64,000 nucleotides of DNA from Gemmatimonadales bacterium. Lineage in GTDB: Bacteria; Gemmatimonadota; Gemmatimonadetes; Gemmatimonadales; GWC2-71-9. Numbering within the stretch: the first letter of the stretch is position 1; each line of letters opens with the position of its first letter. The notes beneath the pieces are model-generated. The model worked only from the letters and a program-made list of their open reading frames with translations, searched no databases and was not told where the DNA came from. Shown piece by piece: positions 1 to 9,376 of this stretch. The translations under genes and the position numbers were made by a program. The stretch is taken from assembly GCA_046160105.1 (NCBI GenBank), contig JBJXGT010000038.1, forward strand, positions 6,837 through 70,836, in the 5' to 3' direction.

Positions 1-558
1 TGCGTGGTGAACCCGTGTCCGTGGGGCAGCCAGCTGACTTCTCTGGTGGCGGTTCCCGCTGGTGTCGCCCAGCACCGACTGCGCCTTTACGTTGACCTCG
101 GCGGGCCGCCTACGCCCTCGATCACGGCCCGGCTCTACAACGGGCCCGCGGTCGCCAAGTCGCTGCAGGTCCTTCGCCCCCGTCCATCGACGATCATCGT
201 GGCCTCCGAATGCCCCGCCGTGGCCGCGGCCCCGCCGCTCCCCGGCGCAAGCACTCCCCCGCGAGTAGGTCCCACGGTCGTGGTCCGGGCGGCCGATCGT
301 ACCACCGGGTTGGGGGAATCGGTCGCATTGGCGGCCTCCGACCCCGCCGTGGTGCTGCCAGCCAGTGCGTCATATTCGGCGACCGTGTACGGCGCTCAGG
401 CGACGCCCTCCAATCCAATGCCGGTCGTGTTCCAGCACGGTCGGGCCTGCGCGGCAGTGACCTTTCCGAAACGAGATACCGCCGCGACCTACCGGATCAG
501 CGCCACTTCCGGCGGACTCTCGGTGAGCCAGGCCGTCACCATCCCGCCCAACCACTGA
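1..558 (+). CDS. C-terminal part of a hypothetical protein (5' end outside window)
   Basis: The frame is open from base 1 (no upstream stop in the window) to TGA 556-558. Codons are GC3-rich. The product is Ala/Pro/Val-rich with no family motif recognised by eye. Confidence 0.45.
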   Translation, partial: CVVNPCPWGSQLTSLVAVPAGVAQHRLRLYVDLGGPPTPSITARLYNGPAVAKSLQVLRPRPSTIIVASECPAVAAAPPLPGASTPPRVGPTVVVRAADRTTGLGESVALAASDPAVVLPASASYSATVYGAQATPSNPMPVVFQHGRACAAVTFPKRDTAATYRISATSGGLSVSQAVTIPPNH

Positions 559-616
559 TGTCCAGATTTGGCCGGGTTCGGCGCCGTGAGCGTGTCCCGA
601 ACTCCGGAGCGCTCCC

Positions 617-1327
617 GTGCTGCCATCCGTGCCCTGCCCGGCGGCCCCACCAGCCTGCCAATCCCTGACCCAGGACACCAGCGACTTTTCCGCGAAGCTC
701 CAGCACCTGGTCGACCGATTCGACGGGTTCATCCGCCGGACGGCGTCCCGTCGCGGCCTGGTCGGCGCCGACCTCGACGAGGTGGTGCAGGACCTCCGGA
801 TTCGGGTGTGGAAGGCCGCCATGGCGCCGGGCGGGATCCGGGTCGCCAGCGCCACCTACATCCACCGGACCGCGGTATCAGCCACCCTCGACGTGATCCG
901 CCGGGGACGGACCCGGAAGGCTCAGGCCGTGAGTCTCGATCTGGTGGCGCCGTCGGCCCTGACCGCCCCGAACGACCCGGGCCGTTCACTCGACGAGGCA
1001 GATCTGGTCGCGGTCGTCGAGCAGGCGCTGACCTGCCTCCAGCCGGCTCGCCGGGCCGCGGTCCAACGGTACCTGGCCGGGTTCGATCGGTTCGAGATCG
1101 CCGCGGCGCTGGGCTGGAGCGAGGGGAAGGCGCGCAACCTCCTCTACCGAGGGCTCGACGACCTCCGGCGGATCCTTCAGGGCCGGGGGATCACCTCCGC
1201 CGGACGGGCGGAGAATGCTCGCCATTCGCTTCGCACCAGCGCCCGGCCGCCGTGGTCGAGCGCGGTCACCCGCCATCGCCCTCGCCCCTCCGGCAACCTC
1301 GTCGCGGCCCATGGTGGCAGCCGATAG
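617..1327 (+). CDS. ECF-type RNA polymerase sigma-70 family factor
   Basis: GTG start at 617. Region-2-like DLDEVVQDLRIRVWKA and region-4 HTH FEIAAALGWSEGKARNLLYRGLDDLRR. The last ~50 codons overlap the convergent gene, so the 3' end is less certain. Confidence 0.8.
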   Translation: MLPSVPCPAAPPACQSLTQDTSDFSAKLQHLVDRFDGFIRRTASRRGLVGADLDEVVQDLRIRVWKAAMAPGGIRVASATYIHRTAVSATLDVIRRGRTRKAQAVSLDLVAPSALTAPNDPGRSLDEADLVAVVEQALTCLQPARRAAVQRYLAGFDRFEIAAALGWSEGKARNLLYRGLDDLRRILQGRGITSAGRAENARHSLRTSARPPWSSAVTRHRPRPSGNLVAAHGGSR

Positions 1328-2460
1328 AGCGCGACCCCGTCAGGAACCACCGCGGTGATCACCGGTGGCCCGTTCGGCTGGGCGACCTCGACCCGGTAGA
1401 ACGAGGCCGCGGCGGTGGGCTCCCAGCTGAAGCCGTCGGTCAGGTGGGCATTTGGGCCGGGGGTGAGCAGCACCAGCCGGCCAGCGGTCGCGGCGGAGAC
1501 CGAGTCGGGGACCGGCTCGAGGCCGCTCCCCACCAGATAGCGGAGCACCGGCATCGGGAACCCCGCGACCGCGCCGCCGGGCACCACCCCGCGGCCGGCG
1601 CCCGCGGCGGCCAGGTCGGAATCGCCCTCTTTGTCGCTGCTGACCTCGACTCGAAAGAGGAGGAGATGGACCCCGTCGACGGCGGTCGGAAGCAGCTTCG
1701 GGTCCGGTCCTGGCACGACCACCGATCCGGTCGGCGGCAGGAACAGGTTGAACCGGCCCACCTGGGTGTACCGCCGTTGGCTGGCCCGCTCCTCGACCGG
1801 CAAGGTGCCTTCGGTAAGGAGGTCTCGGCCGGTGGGAAGGTCCTCGCCGGGCAAGACGACTTCCCAGCGGCCCGTTAGGCGACCGGTGCCGGTGTAGGCG
1901 AGCGTGGCGGTCACGGCCGGCGGCGTCTCGCCCTGCCCGAGGTGGAGGATGTTGGTCTCGGGGACGAACGCCAGGCGGACGTCGACCAGCGAGAGCGGCG
2001 ACCGGGCGCCGCCACCGGCCATCCGGCAGGTCACCGCCACGTACTGATCGGGTCCGCCGGCGGCGCGGACGAACCGGCGGACATAGAAGAACGCCGACGG
2101 GCGGCCCGCCTCCGCCGCCTGGTAGGCCCGCCGGGCCACCGAGGCCGGAATGGTCATGATGTCGGTGAAGCCGTCGACCCCGCTGGCCGACGATTGGTCG
2201 AACCGAATCGGCAGCTGACCGAACAGCGTGGTCGGATCGCACCGCGAGCCGATGGCGGGCGCCGCGGGGATCAGCTCGCCGCACCAGAACGCTTCGGCGG
2301 CGCGATAGCCGGCCAGGCCGCCGAAGGTGAGGAAGACGCTAGTGGCGCCTTGGGTGGCCACGTTGACGCCGGTGGGATGGACCCGGATCTGGGCCGACGC
2401 GGTCGAGGCGACGAGGGCGCCGAGGCCGAACGACAGGGCTGCGCGGAGGAGCCGAGACAT
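1177..2460 (-). CDS. secreted hypothetical protein (427 aa)
   Basis: Trimmed from ORF 1177..2736 to the internal ATG (2460-2458), which gives signal peptide MSRLLRAALSFGLGALVASTASAQ. The start shares one base with the TGA of the upstream OMP gene (TGATG). No family recognised. Confidence 0.65.
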   Translation of the reverse strand: MSRLLRAALSFGLGALVASTASAQIRVHPTGVNVATQGATSVFLTFGGLAGYRAAEAFWCGELIPAAPAIGSRCDPTTLFGQLPIRFDQSSASGVDGFTDIMTIPASVARRAYQAAEAGRPSAFFYVRRFVRAAGGPDQYVAVTCRMAGGGARSPLSLVDVRLAFVPETNILHLGQGETPPAVTATLAYTGTGRLTGRWEVVLPGEDLPTGRDLLTEGTLPVEERASQRRYTQVGRFNLFLPPTGSVVVPGPDPKLLPTAVDGVHLLLFRVEVSSDKEGDSDLAAAGAGRGVVPGGAVAGFPMPVLRYLVGSGLEPVPDSVSAATAGRLVLLTPGPNAHLTDGFSWEPTAAASFYRVEVAQPNGPPVITAVVPDGVALYRLPPWAATRLPEGRGRWRVTALDHGGRALVRSEWRAFSARPAEVIPRP

Positions 2461-4529
2461 CAGAACGCCCTCAGGGAAGAACCCGCGGTGAGCATCCAGG
2501 TCAGGGTCGGTTGGAACGGGTCGTTGGTCGACAACGGCGCCAGCGCCGATCGGGTCCGCCCGTAGCGAACGAAGACTCGCCCCTGGGTACCGCCCTCGGG
2601 ACGGCGATAGAGATTGAACCCCTGCGACAGCTCGCCATACATCTCGGTGTTCCGGAGCCGCTGGTCGGAGCGAGGGTCTTCGCTCCACATCTGTGACACC
2701 GCGCCCGCCAGCGCGGCCCGCGTGGTCAGCTGCCATTGCAGGTTAGCGCCGATCCGCTCGACCCGCTGGGTCAACCCCAGCTCGTCGCTCCGGTTCCGCT
2801 CCACCCCGAGGTCGAGGCCGATGGTGAGGGTGCGCCCGGCCGGGCCGGTGACGGTGAGGCCATGGACGTCGGTGCGGAAGTCGGCCAGCTCCCGTCCCAC
2901 CTGGCGGTTGTCCTGGGTCGATCGATTCCACCGATAGCCGAGAGCCGCGGCCCCCAGCGTCCAATTGAGCGCGCCGGTTCGGTTGATGCTGACCTGGTCG
3001 GGGACGTGGGTCGGTTGGAAGCCACCGTCGACCGGGACCCCGTCGCCGAACTGCCGGGTGCGTTGCCACCCGAACGACGCGGCCGGCCAGTGCCACGAGG
3101 CTTTGACGCCGAAGAGCGATGCCACCGGCACGCTCGCGGACCAGCTGGAGGATCGGGTCCGAGTGGTGAGGATCGACGCGATGGCGCCGAGGTTGTCCCG
3201 AGCCGAGGTCGCGGCCCCCTGGAGCGACAGCGCGCCGAGGGTGCTCGACAGCTCGATCGCGTTCTGCTCCTGGTCGGCCGCCACGAAGGTGCCGACACTC
3301 CGGTAGAGGGGATCGACCCGTTCGTGCCGACCGGTGACGCCGACCGACGCGGCGATGGTCTTGGTGATCCGAGCGTTGTCGAGCAGCCGCACCGACAGCT
3401 CGCCGAAGCGGGCCTGCCGGGTCGTGGCCTGGACCGCGACGATCGCGCTGTCCTGGAACAGGAGCGGATCGGCCGGATTGGAGAACCGCGACCGGCTGAT
3501 CCCGGCCGAGAAGCGGAGCCGCTGTCGCAGGTCACTCGCCGCCAGGGAGAAGCCGACGCCGCGGCTGGTTTCCGCGTCGGTCGCGGCGCCCTGGTTGAAG
3601 CCCGCCACCGGGCGCACCGATCCGTCGACCGCGGTGACGTCGAGCTGGATCGCCCCCGGTCGGCTCGGAATCAGCTGGATGCCCAGGGCGGCCAAGCCGA
3701 TTCGATGATCGCTGTCGGTCATCCCGAGCAGGTTGGTCCAGCCGACCACGTTGGTTCCGCTCACCAGTCCCAGGCCAAGGTGCACGGCCGGGCTCAACTT
3801 GAAGCCCGCCTGCAGCCCGCGACTCCCGAAACCGTTCAGGAGAAACCGATTGGCGCCCAATGTGACGGCTCCGAGGGCCAACTCGGCGACGCCGACGGTG
3901 GTCCCGATCCGGTAGTCGGACAAATCGACCGCCGGCGCCTCTCGGCCGATCGCGTTCCAGCGGAGCCGTTGGGTTTCCTCGCTGACGCCCTGGAGGTTGG
4001 CCCGTCCCGAGATCGCGTAGCCACGCCCGGCGGCGGTCACGTCGACGCCCAAGTTGGCGGTGAGATCCTGATAGGTCGTCCGGTCCGGGGCGGGGGTGAC
4101 GGCGTTGCGGTCGAGCATGCCGGTCGAGTTCAGGTCGGCGGTCGGCGTGGCCCGGGCCCGGTCGAGCCCGATCGCTCCGCGGACCTTGAGGGGCTGCCTG
4201 CCGATCTCGGTCCAGGCGCCGGCGGAGTCGACGACGAAGACCGCTACCTCCGTTTCACCGATCGGCAGGTGAAACGGGTGAGGCCGATAGTGGATCAGAT
4301 CGCCGGTGCGATCGACCAGCGCCGACAAGTCGTGTCCGCCGACCACCATCGCGATCCGCTCGGCGGCAGTCGGGGGACGGGAAAGCCAGACCAGGAGCTC
4401 GGTCCGATTGGAGAGGAACCGATCGGTGGGCCAACCGAACTGCTTGACCGCGAGCGTCGCGGGCGGATCCTGAGCCAAGGCGGGGCCGGTCAGGAGACCC
4501 GCGAGCAGGAGGGTAACGCCAGGGCGCAT
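2460..4529 (-). CDS. putative outer-membrane beta-barrel protein (689 aa)
   Basis: Signal peptide MRPGVTLLLAGLLTGPALAQ. Long series of short alternating-polarity G/S/T/R-rich strands. The C-terminus ...TAGSSLRAF ends in Phe, as in BAM-dependent barrels. Confidence 0.6.
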   Translation of the reverse strand: MRPGVTLLLAGLLTGPALAQDPPATLAVKQFGWPTDRFLSNRTELLVWLSRPPTAAERIAMVVGGHDLSALVDRTGDLIHYRPHPFHLPIGETEVAVFVVDSAGAWTEIGRQPLKVRGAIGLDRARATPTADLNSTGMLDRNAVTPAPDRTTYQDLTANLGVDVTAAGRGYAISGRANLQGVSEETQRLRWNAIGREAPAVDLSDYRIGTTVGVAELALGAVTLGANRFLLNGFGSRGLQAGFKLSPAVHLGLGLVSGTNVVGWTNLLGMTDSDHRIGLAALGIQLIPSRPGAIQLDVTAVDGSVRPVAGFNQGAATDAETSRGVGFSLAASDLRQRLRFSAGISRSRFSNPADPLLFQDSAIVAVQATTRQARFGELSVRLLDNARITKTIAASVGVTGRHERVDPLYRSVGTFVAADQEQNAIELSSTLGALSLQGAATSARDNLGAIASILTTRTRSSSWSASVPVASLFGVKASWHWPAASFGWQRTRQFGDGVPVDGGFQPTHVPDQVSINRTGALNWTLGAAALGYRWNRSTQDNRQVGRELADFRTDVHGLTVTGPAGRTLTIGLDLGVERNRSDELGLTQRVERIGANLQWQLTTRAALAGAVSQMWSEDPRSDQRLRNTEMYGELSQGFNLYRRPEGGTQGRVFVRYGRTRSALAPLSTNDPFQPTLTWMLTAGSSLRAF

Positions 4530-4671
4530 CGATGATCGGCCTCGTCAGGGGTCGGCGGCGGACCATCAAGAGACGCCGCCCGGCAACGGGATTCTCACGG
4601 TCAGCGGTTGGTGAGCACCGCTGACGGGTCGTCGCGTCTCTTGGGACGAACCCCGAACGAGGAACGTCGCG

Positions 4672-5121
4672 ATGATCCGCCGCTGCCTGCCCGCCCTGGT
4701 GCTCGCTCTCGCAGGTACCGCGCCTGCCGCGGCCCAGAGTCCGGAACGGCCGAGACTGCCGGTCAAAACCCTGTCGGTGGATCTCGTGTCGGCCAAGGCA
4801 TACGACCTGGGATCGGTGACCTACGTTCGCGCCGGGCTCAAGCCCACCGAGTTTCGATTTGGGACCAGCCCGAGCTTGACGGGCGCAACCTGGAATGCGT
4901 TCACCGAGGGGCAGACCACCACGACCACGAGCGGCACGGGCACGAGGATTCAGGGGACCATTCCGTACGGGGTTCCCCCCATCCCGCCCCAAAGCGGATG
5001 TGGCCCGGGCGAGCTGCGGCTGCGGGCGTACCTCCAGTTCCGGACCCGGGTGATTCAGACGGGCCAACTGCTCACGTCGCCGATCAGGGGCGACTCTTCC
5101 TGCGTCTACGTCGGCGGCTGA
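4672..5121 (+). CDS. small secreted protein, unknown function
   Basis: ATG 4672 with GAGGAA upstream. Signal peptide MIRRCLPALVLALAGTAPAAAQ. Divergent from the OMP operon. Confidence 0.6.
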   Translation: MIRRCLPALVLALAGTAPAAAQSPERPRLPVKTLSVDLVSAKAYDLGSVTYVRAGLKPTEFRFGTSPSLTGATWNAFTEGQTTTTTSGTGTRIQGTIPYGVPPIPPQSGCGPGELRLRAYLQFRTRVIQTGQLLTSPIRGDSSCVYVGG

Positions 5122-5141
5122 CCGCCAGAACCGAGTCCATC

Positions 5142-6767
5142 ATGGCTCTCCTCTCTCCGATCCTTCGCCGCGCCGCGCGACTCGGCCTGACGGTGGCGCT
5201 CGTTGCCTCACCCCTCGATCGGCTCTTGGCCCAGTCGGGCATTTCGATCGTCGACGCGACCGTCTCGGAAGCCGGCACCTCCGGGTTTGGCCAGATCATC
5301 TTTCGGGTTCGGGTGTCTCGCGACACGACGGTTGCGTCCGGCCAAGTGTCGGTGCAGTTCCAGGGCGCGAGCGGCACCGCCACTGTCGTCGGCACTCAAT
5401 GCGGGCCCGGAGTGGATATCGTCCTCCAGGCGAGCACGGTGACCATCCCCGCCCACTTGAACGAAGGGCAGATCTCCGGGACCGTGTGCGAGGACCCGCT
5501 CGACGAGGCGGACGCGGAGACGTTCACGGTCAACCTGATGTCGCCGTTCGGGGCCACGATCCAGGACGGGCAGGCCACCGGCACGCTGATGGACGATGAC
5601 CCGACCCCGTCGCTCCGAGTCGCCGACGTGATGGCCCCGGAAGGGAACGCGGGCGAGCAACGGAACCTCACCTTCGCGGTTACGCTCAGCGCGCCGAGCG
5701 GGCGGGCGGTGTCGGTCGACTACGCGGTCGGCAGTGGTGGCGCTGGTACTCCGGCCGGGCAAGGTGGCGCGGCCTGCGGTGGCGCGGTGGACTACGTCAC
5801 CCGGACCGGGACCGAGACCTTTCCGCCTGGCACGACTTCGCGACAGGTGGCCGTGACGCTCTGCGGCGACGCGCTCTTCGAGCCGAACGAACGACTCGCG
5901 ATGTCCCTCTCCGGCGCCACCAACTCCACCCTCGCGGACGGCACCGGCGTGGGCACCATCGACGACGACGATCCCCAGCCCGATGTGCGAGTCGTGTTGC
6001 CAAACGACGGTAATCTGACCGAAGGCAGCAGCGGGCCGCACACCGTCTCCGTCCAGGTCACCCTGTCGACCCCGAACCACGCCGGCGCCAGCGTCACTTT
6101 CGCTCGGGGCGGCACCGCCGTGCGGGGCGCGACCTGTACCGGCACGGTCGACATGGTGGCCACCACCAACCAGGTGACCGTCTCGTGGCCCGCCAACAAC
6201 AACGCGCCCCAGACCATCGACCTGACGATCTGCGGCGATACCCGGGACGACGACAACGACACCATCGAGCTGAACCTCACCGCGGCGGTCACGGCGGCGG
6301 TGGCGCCGGGGAATCAAAACAACCGGATGGTGATCTTCGACGACGACCCGACCCCGACGCTCTCGGTGGTGGACGCGACCGTTACGGAGGGCGATCAGGC
6401 GGAGGTCACCGTGACGTTGTCGGCGGCGAGTAACCGCGACGTGGACGTGCTCCTGGGGTCGGCCGAGGTGACCGCGGCGACTACGAGAACACTGCCCGCG
6501 CGGGTCTCAGTGCCCCCGGCGACGTTGGGGAGCGCATGCGGTGGCGCCGTGGACTTCATCAAGACGGCGCACCAGCTCCGGGTGCCGGCCGGGGAACTCA
6601 CCGCGACGACGCCCCTTCGGATCACCACCTGCCGGAACAGTGATGCGACCGGGACCAATCGCCTCGCCGCGGGCCCTGACGCCGAACTGTTTCAGGTCGC
6701 CGCCTCGTCGCTGACCAACGCGACGGTTGCCCGGGCGGTCGGGATGGTGGTGATTCGAGAGCCCTGA
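5142..6767 (+). CDS. secreted protein with four tandem Calx-beta-like repeats
   Basis: Trimmed from ORF 4608..6767 to ATG 5142 (MALLSPILRRAARLGLTVALVASPLDRLLAQ). Four repeats of roughly 105-130 aa; three end in DDDP(T/Q)P (GTLMDDDPTP, GTIDDDDPQP, VIFDDDPTP), as in Calx-beta domains. Confidence 0.7.
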   Translation: MALLSPILRRAARLGLTVALVASPLDRLLAQSGISIVDATVSEAGTSGFGQIIFRVRVSRDTTVASGQVSVQFQGASGTATVVGTQCGPGVDIVLQASTVTIPAHLNEGQISGTVCEDPLDEADAETFTVNLMSPFGATIQDGQATGTLMDDDPTPSLRVADVMAPEGNAGEQRNLTFAVTLSAPSGRAVSVDYAVGSGGAGTPAGQGGAACGGAVDYVTRTGTETFPPGTTSRQVAVTLCGDALFEPNERLAMSLSGATNSTLADGTGVGTIDDDDPQPDVRVVLPNDGNLTEGSSGPHTVSVQVTLSTPNHAGASVTFARGGTAVRGATCTGTVDMVATTNQVTVSWPANNNAPQTIDLTICGDTRDDDNDTIELNLTAAVTAAVAPGNQNNRMVIFDDDPTPTLSVVDATVTEGDQAEVTVTLSAASNRDVDVLLGSAEVTAATTRTLPARVSVPPATLGSACGGAVDFIKTAHQLRVPAGELTATTPLRITTCRNSDATGTNRLAAGPDAELFQVAASSLTNATVARAVGMVVIREP

Positions 6768-6787
6768 CCGACGGGCGGGGTTGTGGC

Positions 6788-8224
6788 CTACTTCGTCGGG
6801 TCAACCTTGAGTTGCAGCGACTTGTACTCGAGGAACTCCTCCATCCCGAACTTGCCCAACTCCCGGCCATGGCCGGATTGCTTGTAGCCGCCGAACGGCG
6901 CCTGCATGTTGAACGGCCCGCCATTGATGTCGATCTGCCCGGCGCGAATCCGCCGCGCAACCCGCTTGGCGCGATCCTCATCCGCAGACCATACCCCGCC
7001 CGCGAGTCCATAGACGGTGTCGTTGGCGATCCGGACCGCATCGTCGTCGTTCTGGTAGGTGATGATCGACAACACCGGTCCGAAGATCTCTTCCCGCGCG
7101 ATCGTCGAATTCGGGTCGACGCGCCCGAATACGGTGGGCTGCACGAAGTATCCCTTGTCGGTGCCGGCGGGCTTCTCCAGGCCACCCGCGAGCAGCTCGG
7201 CGCCCTCCGCGATGCCCCGCTCGATGAAGCCGCGCACCCGGTCGAGCTGGGTCTTCGACACCAGCGGCCCGAGCTTGGTCTGTTCACTGAAGGGATCACC
7301 CACGGTGAATCTCCGCGCCTCCTCGACGGCGAGCTTCGCGGCCTCGGCGTACTTCGTTTCGGGCACGAGGAGCCGGGTATGCGCGCTGCAGGTCTGCCCG
7401 GAGTTGAGAAAGCAGGCCGATACCGTCCCCTTGATCGCGCTGGCCAGGTCGGCGTCGTCCAGCACGATCGCCGCCGACTTGCCACCCAATTCGAGCGCGA
7501 CCCGCTTCACCGATTGGGCGGCGAGCTCGGATACCCGCTTGCCGGCACGGGTCGAGCCGGTGAACGACACCATGTCGACCTCCGGATGCCGCGCCATGGC
7601 TTCGCCCACGACCGGTCCGTATCCGGTCACGAGATTGAACACGCCCTTCGGCACCCCGACCGAATCGATGATCTCCGCTAGAATGAACGCGTTGAGCGGC
7701 GCGACCTCCGACGGCTTCAGGACGACGGTGCAGCCGGCCGCCAGCGCCGGGGCGACTTTCGCGGCGATCTGATGCAGCGGGTAATTCCACGGCGTGATCG
7801 CCGCGACGACGCCGACCGGCTCACGCAGCACGAGCGAATTGCCGATCCGCTCTTCCCAGACGTACCCGCCCAGCATTTTGGCGTACATCGCGAAGGTGTA
7901 GGTGGGCGAGCCGACCTGGATCCGCCCGGCGAGCTTGATCGGCATGCCGACCTCCTGCGCGATGGTGCGGCCCAGCTCCTCGGCCCGGGCCTTCATCCCC
8001 TCGTGGATGCTCTGCAGGTATTCCGCGCGCTTGGCCGGTGGCAGCGCCGCCCATCCGTCGAACGCGTTGCGGGCGGCGGCGATCGCCGCGTTGGCGTCGG
8101 CCTCGTTGCACTCCGGGATGCGGGCCATCACCTCCTCGGTGGCGGCGTTGTGCACCTCGATGGTCCCCTTGCCGTGCGGGGCGACCCAGGCGCCGTCGAT
8201 GTAGATGTGGTCGCGAATCTGCAT
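6788..8224 (-). CDS. NAD(P)-dependent aldehyde dehydrogenase
   Basis: ALDH motifs LELGGKS and [10 protein letters not shown] (catalytic Cys). 478 aa, ATG at 8224. Confidence 0.92.
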   Translation of the reverse strand: MQIRDHIYIDGAWVAPHGKGTIEVHNAATEEVMARIPECNEADANAAIAAARNAFDGWAALPPAKRAEYLQSIHEGMKARAEELGRTIAQEVGMPIKLAGRIQVGSPTYTFAMYAKMLGGYVWEERIGNSLVLREPVGVVAAITPWNYPLHQIAAKVAPALAAGCTVVLKPSEVAPLNAFILAEIIDSVGVPKGVFNLVTGYGPVVGEAMARHPEVDMVSFTGSTRAGKRVSELAAQSVKRVALELGGKSAAIVLDDADLASAIKGTVSACFLNSGQTCSAHTRLLVPETKYAEAAKLAVEEARRFTVGDPFSEQTKLGPLVSKTQLDRVRGFIERGIAEGAELLAGGLEKPAGTDKGYFVQPTVFGRVDPNSTIAREEIFGPVLSIITYQNDDDAVRIANDTVYGLAGGVWSADEDRAKRVARRIRAGQIDINGGPFNMQAPFGGYKQSGHGRELGKFGMEEFLEYKSLQLKVDPTK

Positions 8225-8239
8225 TGCGTGCTCCTTCGA

Positions 8240-9349
8240 TCAGTCGTAGACGACGACGCCGCGGGCGTTCCTGCCGGCTTCCAGGTCGGCGAACGCCTGG
8301 GGCGCTTCGTCGATGCTATAGGTCTTGGTGATCAGCTCATCGAGCTTGAGGCGCTTGGACAGGTACAGCGAAATGAGCCGCGGGAAGTCTTCCCGCGGGC
8401 GGGCCGACCCGAAGTAGCTGCCGGTGAGGGTCTTCTCCTCGAACACCGCCATGGCCGGACGGATCGCCGCGGTGTCATCCCCTTTGGGCACCCCAACCGC
8501 GATGGTGATGCCCCCTTTGCGCGTGGCGCGAAAGAGGACCTCGGTCATCTTACCGATCCCGGCGCACTCGAAGCAATAGTCCGGACCGCCATCGGTCAGT
8601 TTCTTGATGGTCTTGACGAGGTTGTCCTCGCGGCTCGCGTTGATGGTGTGGGTCGCGCCAAACTGCCTGGCGAGCGCGAGTTTCTCATCGCTGATATCGA
8701 CGGCGATGATTTCCCGCGCCCCGACGATCGCCGCCGCCTGAATCGCGTTGAGGCCCACCCCGCCCGCCCCCGATACCAGCACCGAGCTGCCGGCCGCGAC
8801 CTTCGCGGTGTTGAAAACCGCGCCCACCCCAGTCATCACCCCGCAGGAAACCAGTGCGGCGGGGATGAGCGGCATGTCGGCCCGGATCTTCACGCAGTTG
8901 TCTCCGTGCAGGGTGGCATACTCGGCCATCACGCCGCAGCCGGAAAAGACGTTGAGCGCGTTGCCGGCGCGATCTTTGGTGCGAAGGGTGCCATCGGGCA
9001 GGGTCGCCAGCGTCCGGGCGCCTTGGTCGCAAAGGTGGGGCCGGCCGGTCGCGCAGTAGCGGCACTTCCCGCAGATCGACACGAACGAGGAGACCAGGTG
9101 GTCGCCAATGGCGAACTCGGTCACCCCATCGCCGACCTCGACGACGATGCCTGAGGCTTCGTGGCCGAGGATGACGGGCAAGGGCAACTTGATCGTGCCG
9201 TTGGTGGCTGACAGATCGCTATGGCAGACACCGGTAGCCGCCACCTTGATCATCACCTCGCCGCGCCGGGGCGATTCGACCTCGATCTCTTCGACGCCGA
9301 CCGGCGCGTCGAGGGTCCGGGCGACGACCGCACGTGCGTTTCTCGACAT
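8240..9349 (-). CDS. zinc-dependent alcohol dehydrogenase (class III-like)
   Basis: Zinc-ligand motifs GVCHSD and GHEASGIVVEVG, plus Rossmann GAGGVGLNAIQ. Lies 15 nt upstream of the ALDH gene on the same strand. Confidence 0.9.
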   Translation of the reverse strand: MSRNARAVVARTLDAPVGVEEIEVESPRRGEVMIKVAATGVCHSDLSATNGTIKLPLPVILGHEASGIVVEVGDGVTEFAIGDHLVSSFVSICGKCRYCATGRPHLCDQGARTLATLPDGTLRTKDRAGNALNVFSGCGVMAEYATLHGDNCVKIRADMPLIPAALVSCGVMTGVGAVFNTAKVAAGSSVLVSGAGGVGLNAIQAAAIVGAREIIAVDISDEKLALARQFGATHTINASREDNLVKTIKKLTDGGPDYCFECAGIGKMTEVLFRATRKGGITIAVGVPKGDDTAAIRPAMAVFEEKTLTGSYFGSARPREDFPRLISLYLSKRLKLDELITKTYSIDEAPQAFADLEAGRNARGVVVYD

Positions 9350-9376
9350 TGGCAGGTCCCTTGAGCGGGCTCGAGC

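Noticed and set aside
2736-4535. 599-aa plus-strand ORF opposite the OMP gene. Similar long ORFs lie at 568-1878, 1340-2284 and 2771-3535.
   Set aside because: The translations are Arg/Gly/Pro/Asp-rich with no signal or domain motifs. They lie antisense or out of frame to a gene that has a clear signal peptide and beta-barrel features, which is typical of shadow ORFs in GC-rich DNA.
7772-9154. 460-aa plus-strand ORF across the ALDH/ADH genes
   Set aside because: It is antisense to two genes with unambiguous catalytic motifs, and its composition is Arg/Gly/Asp-rich and non-protein-like.
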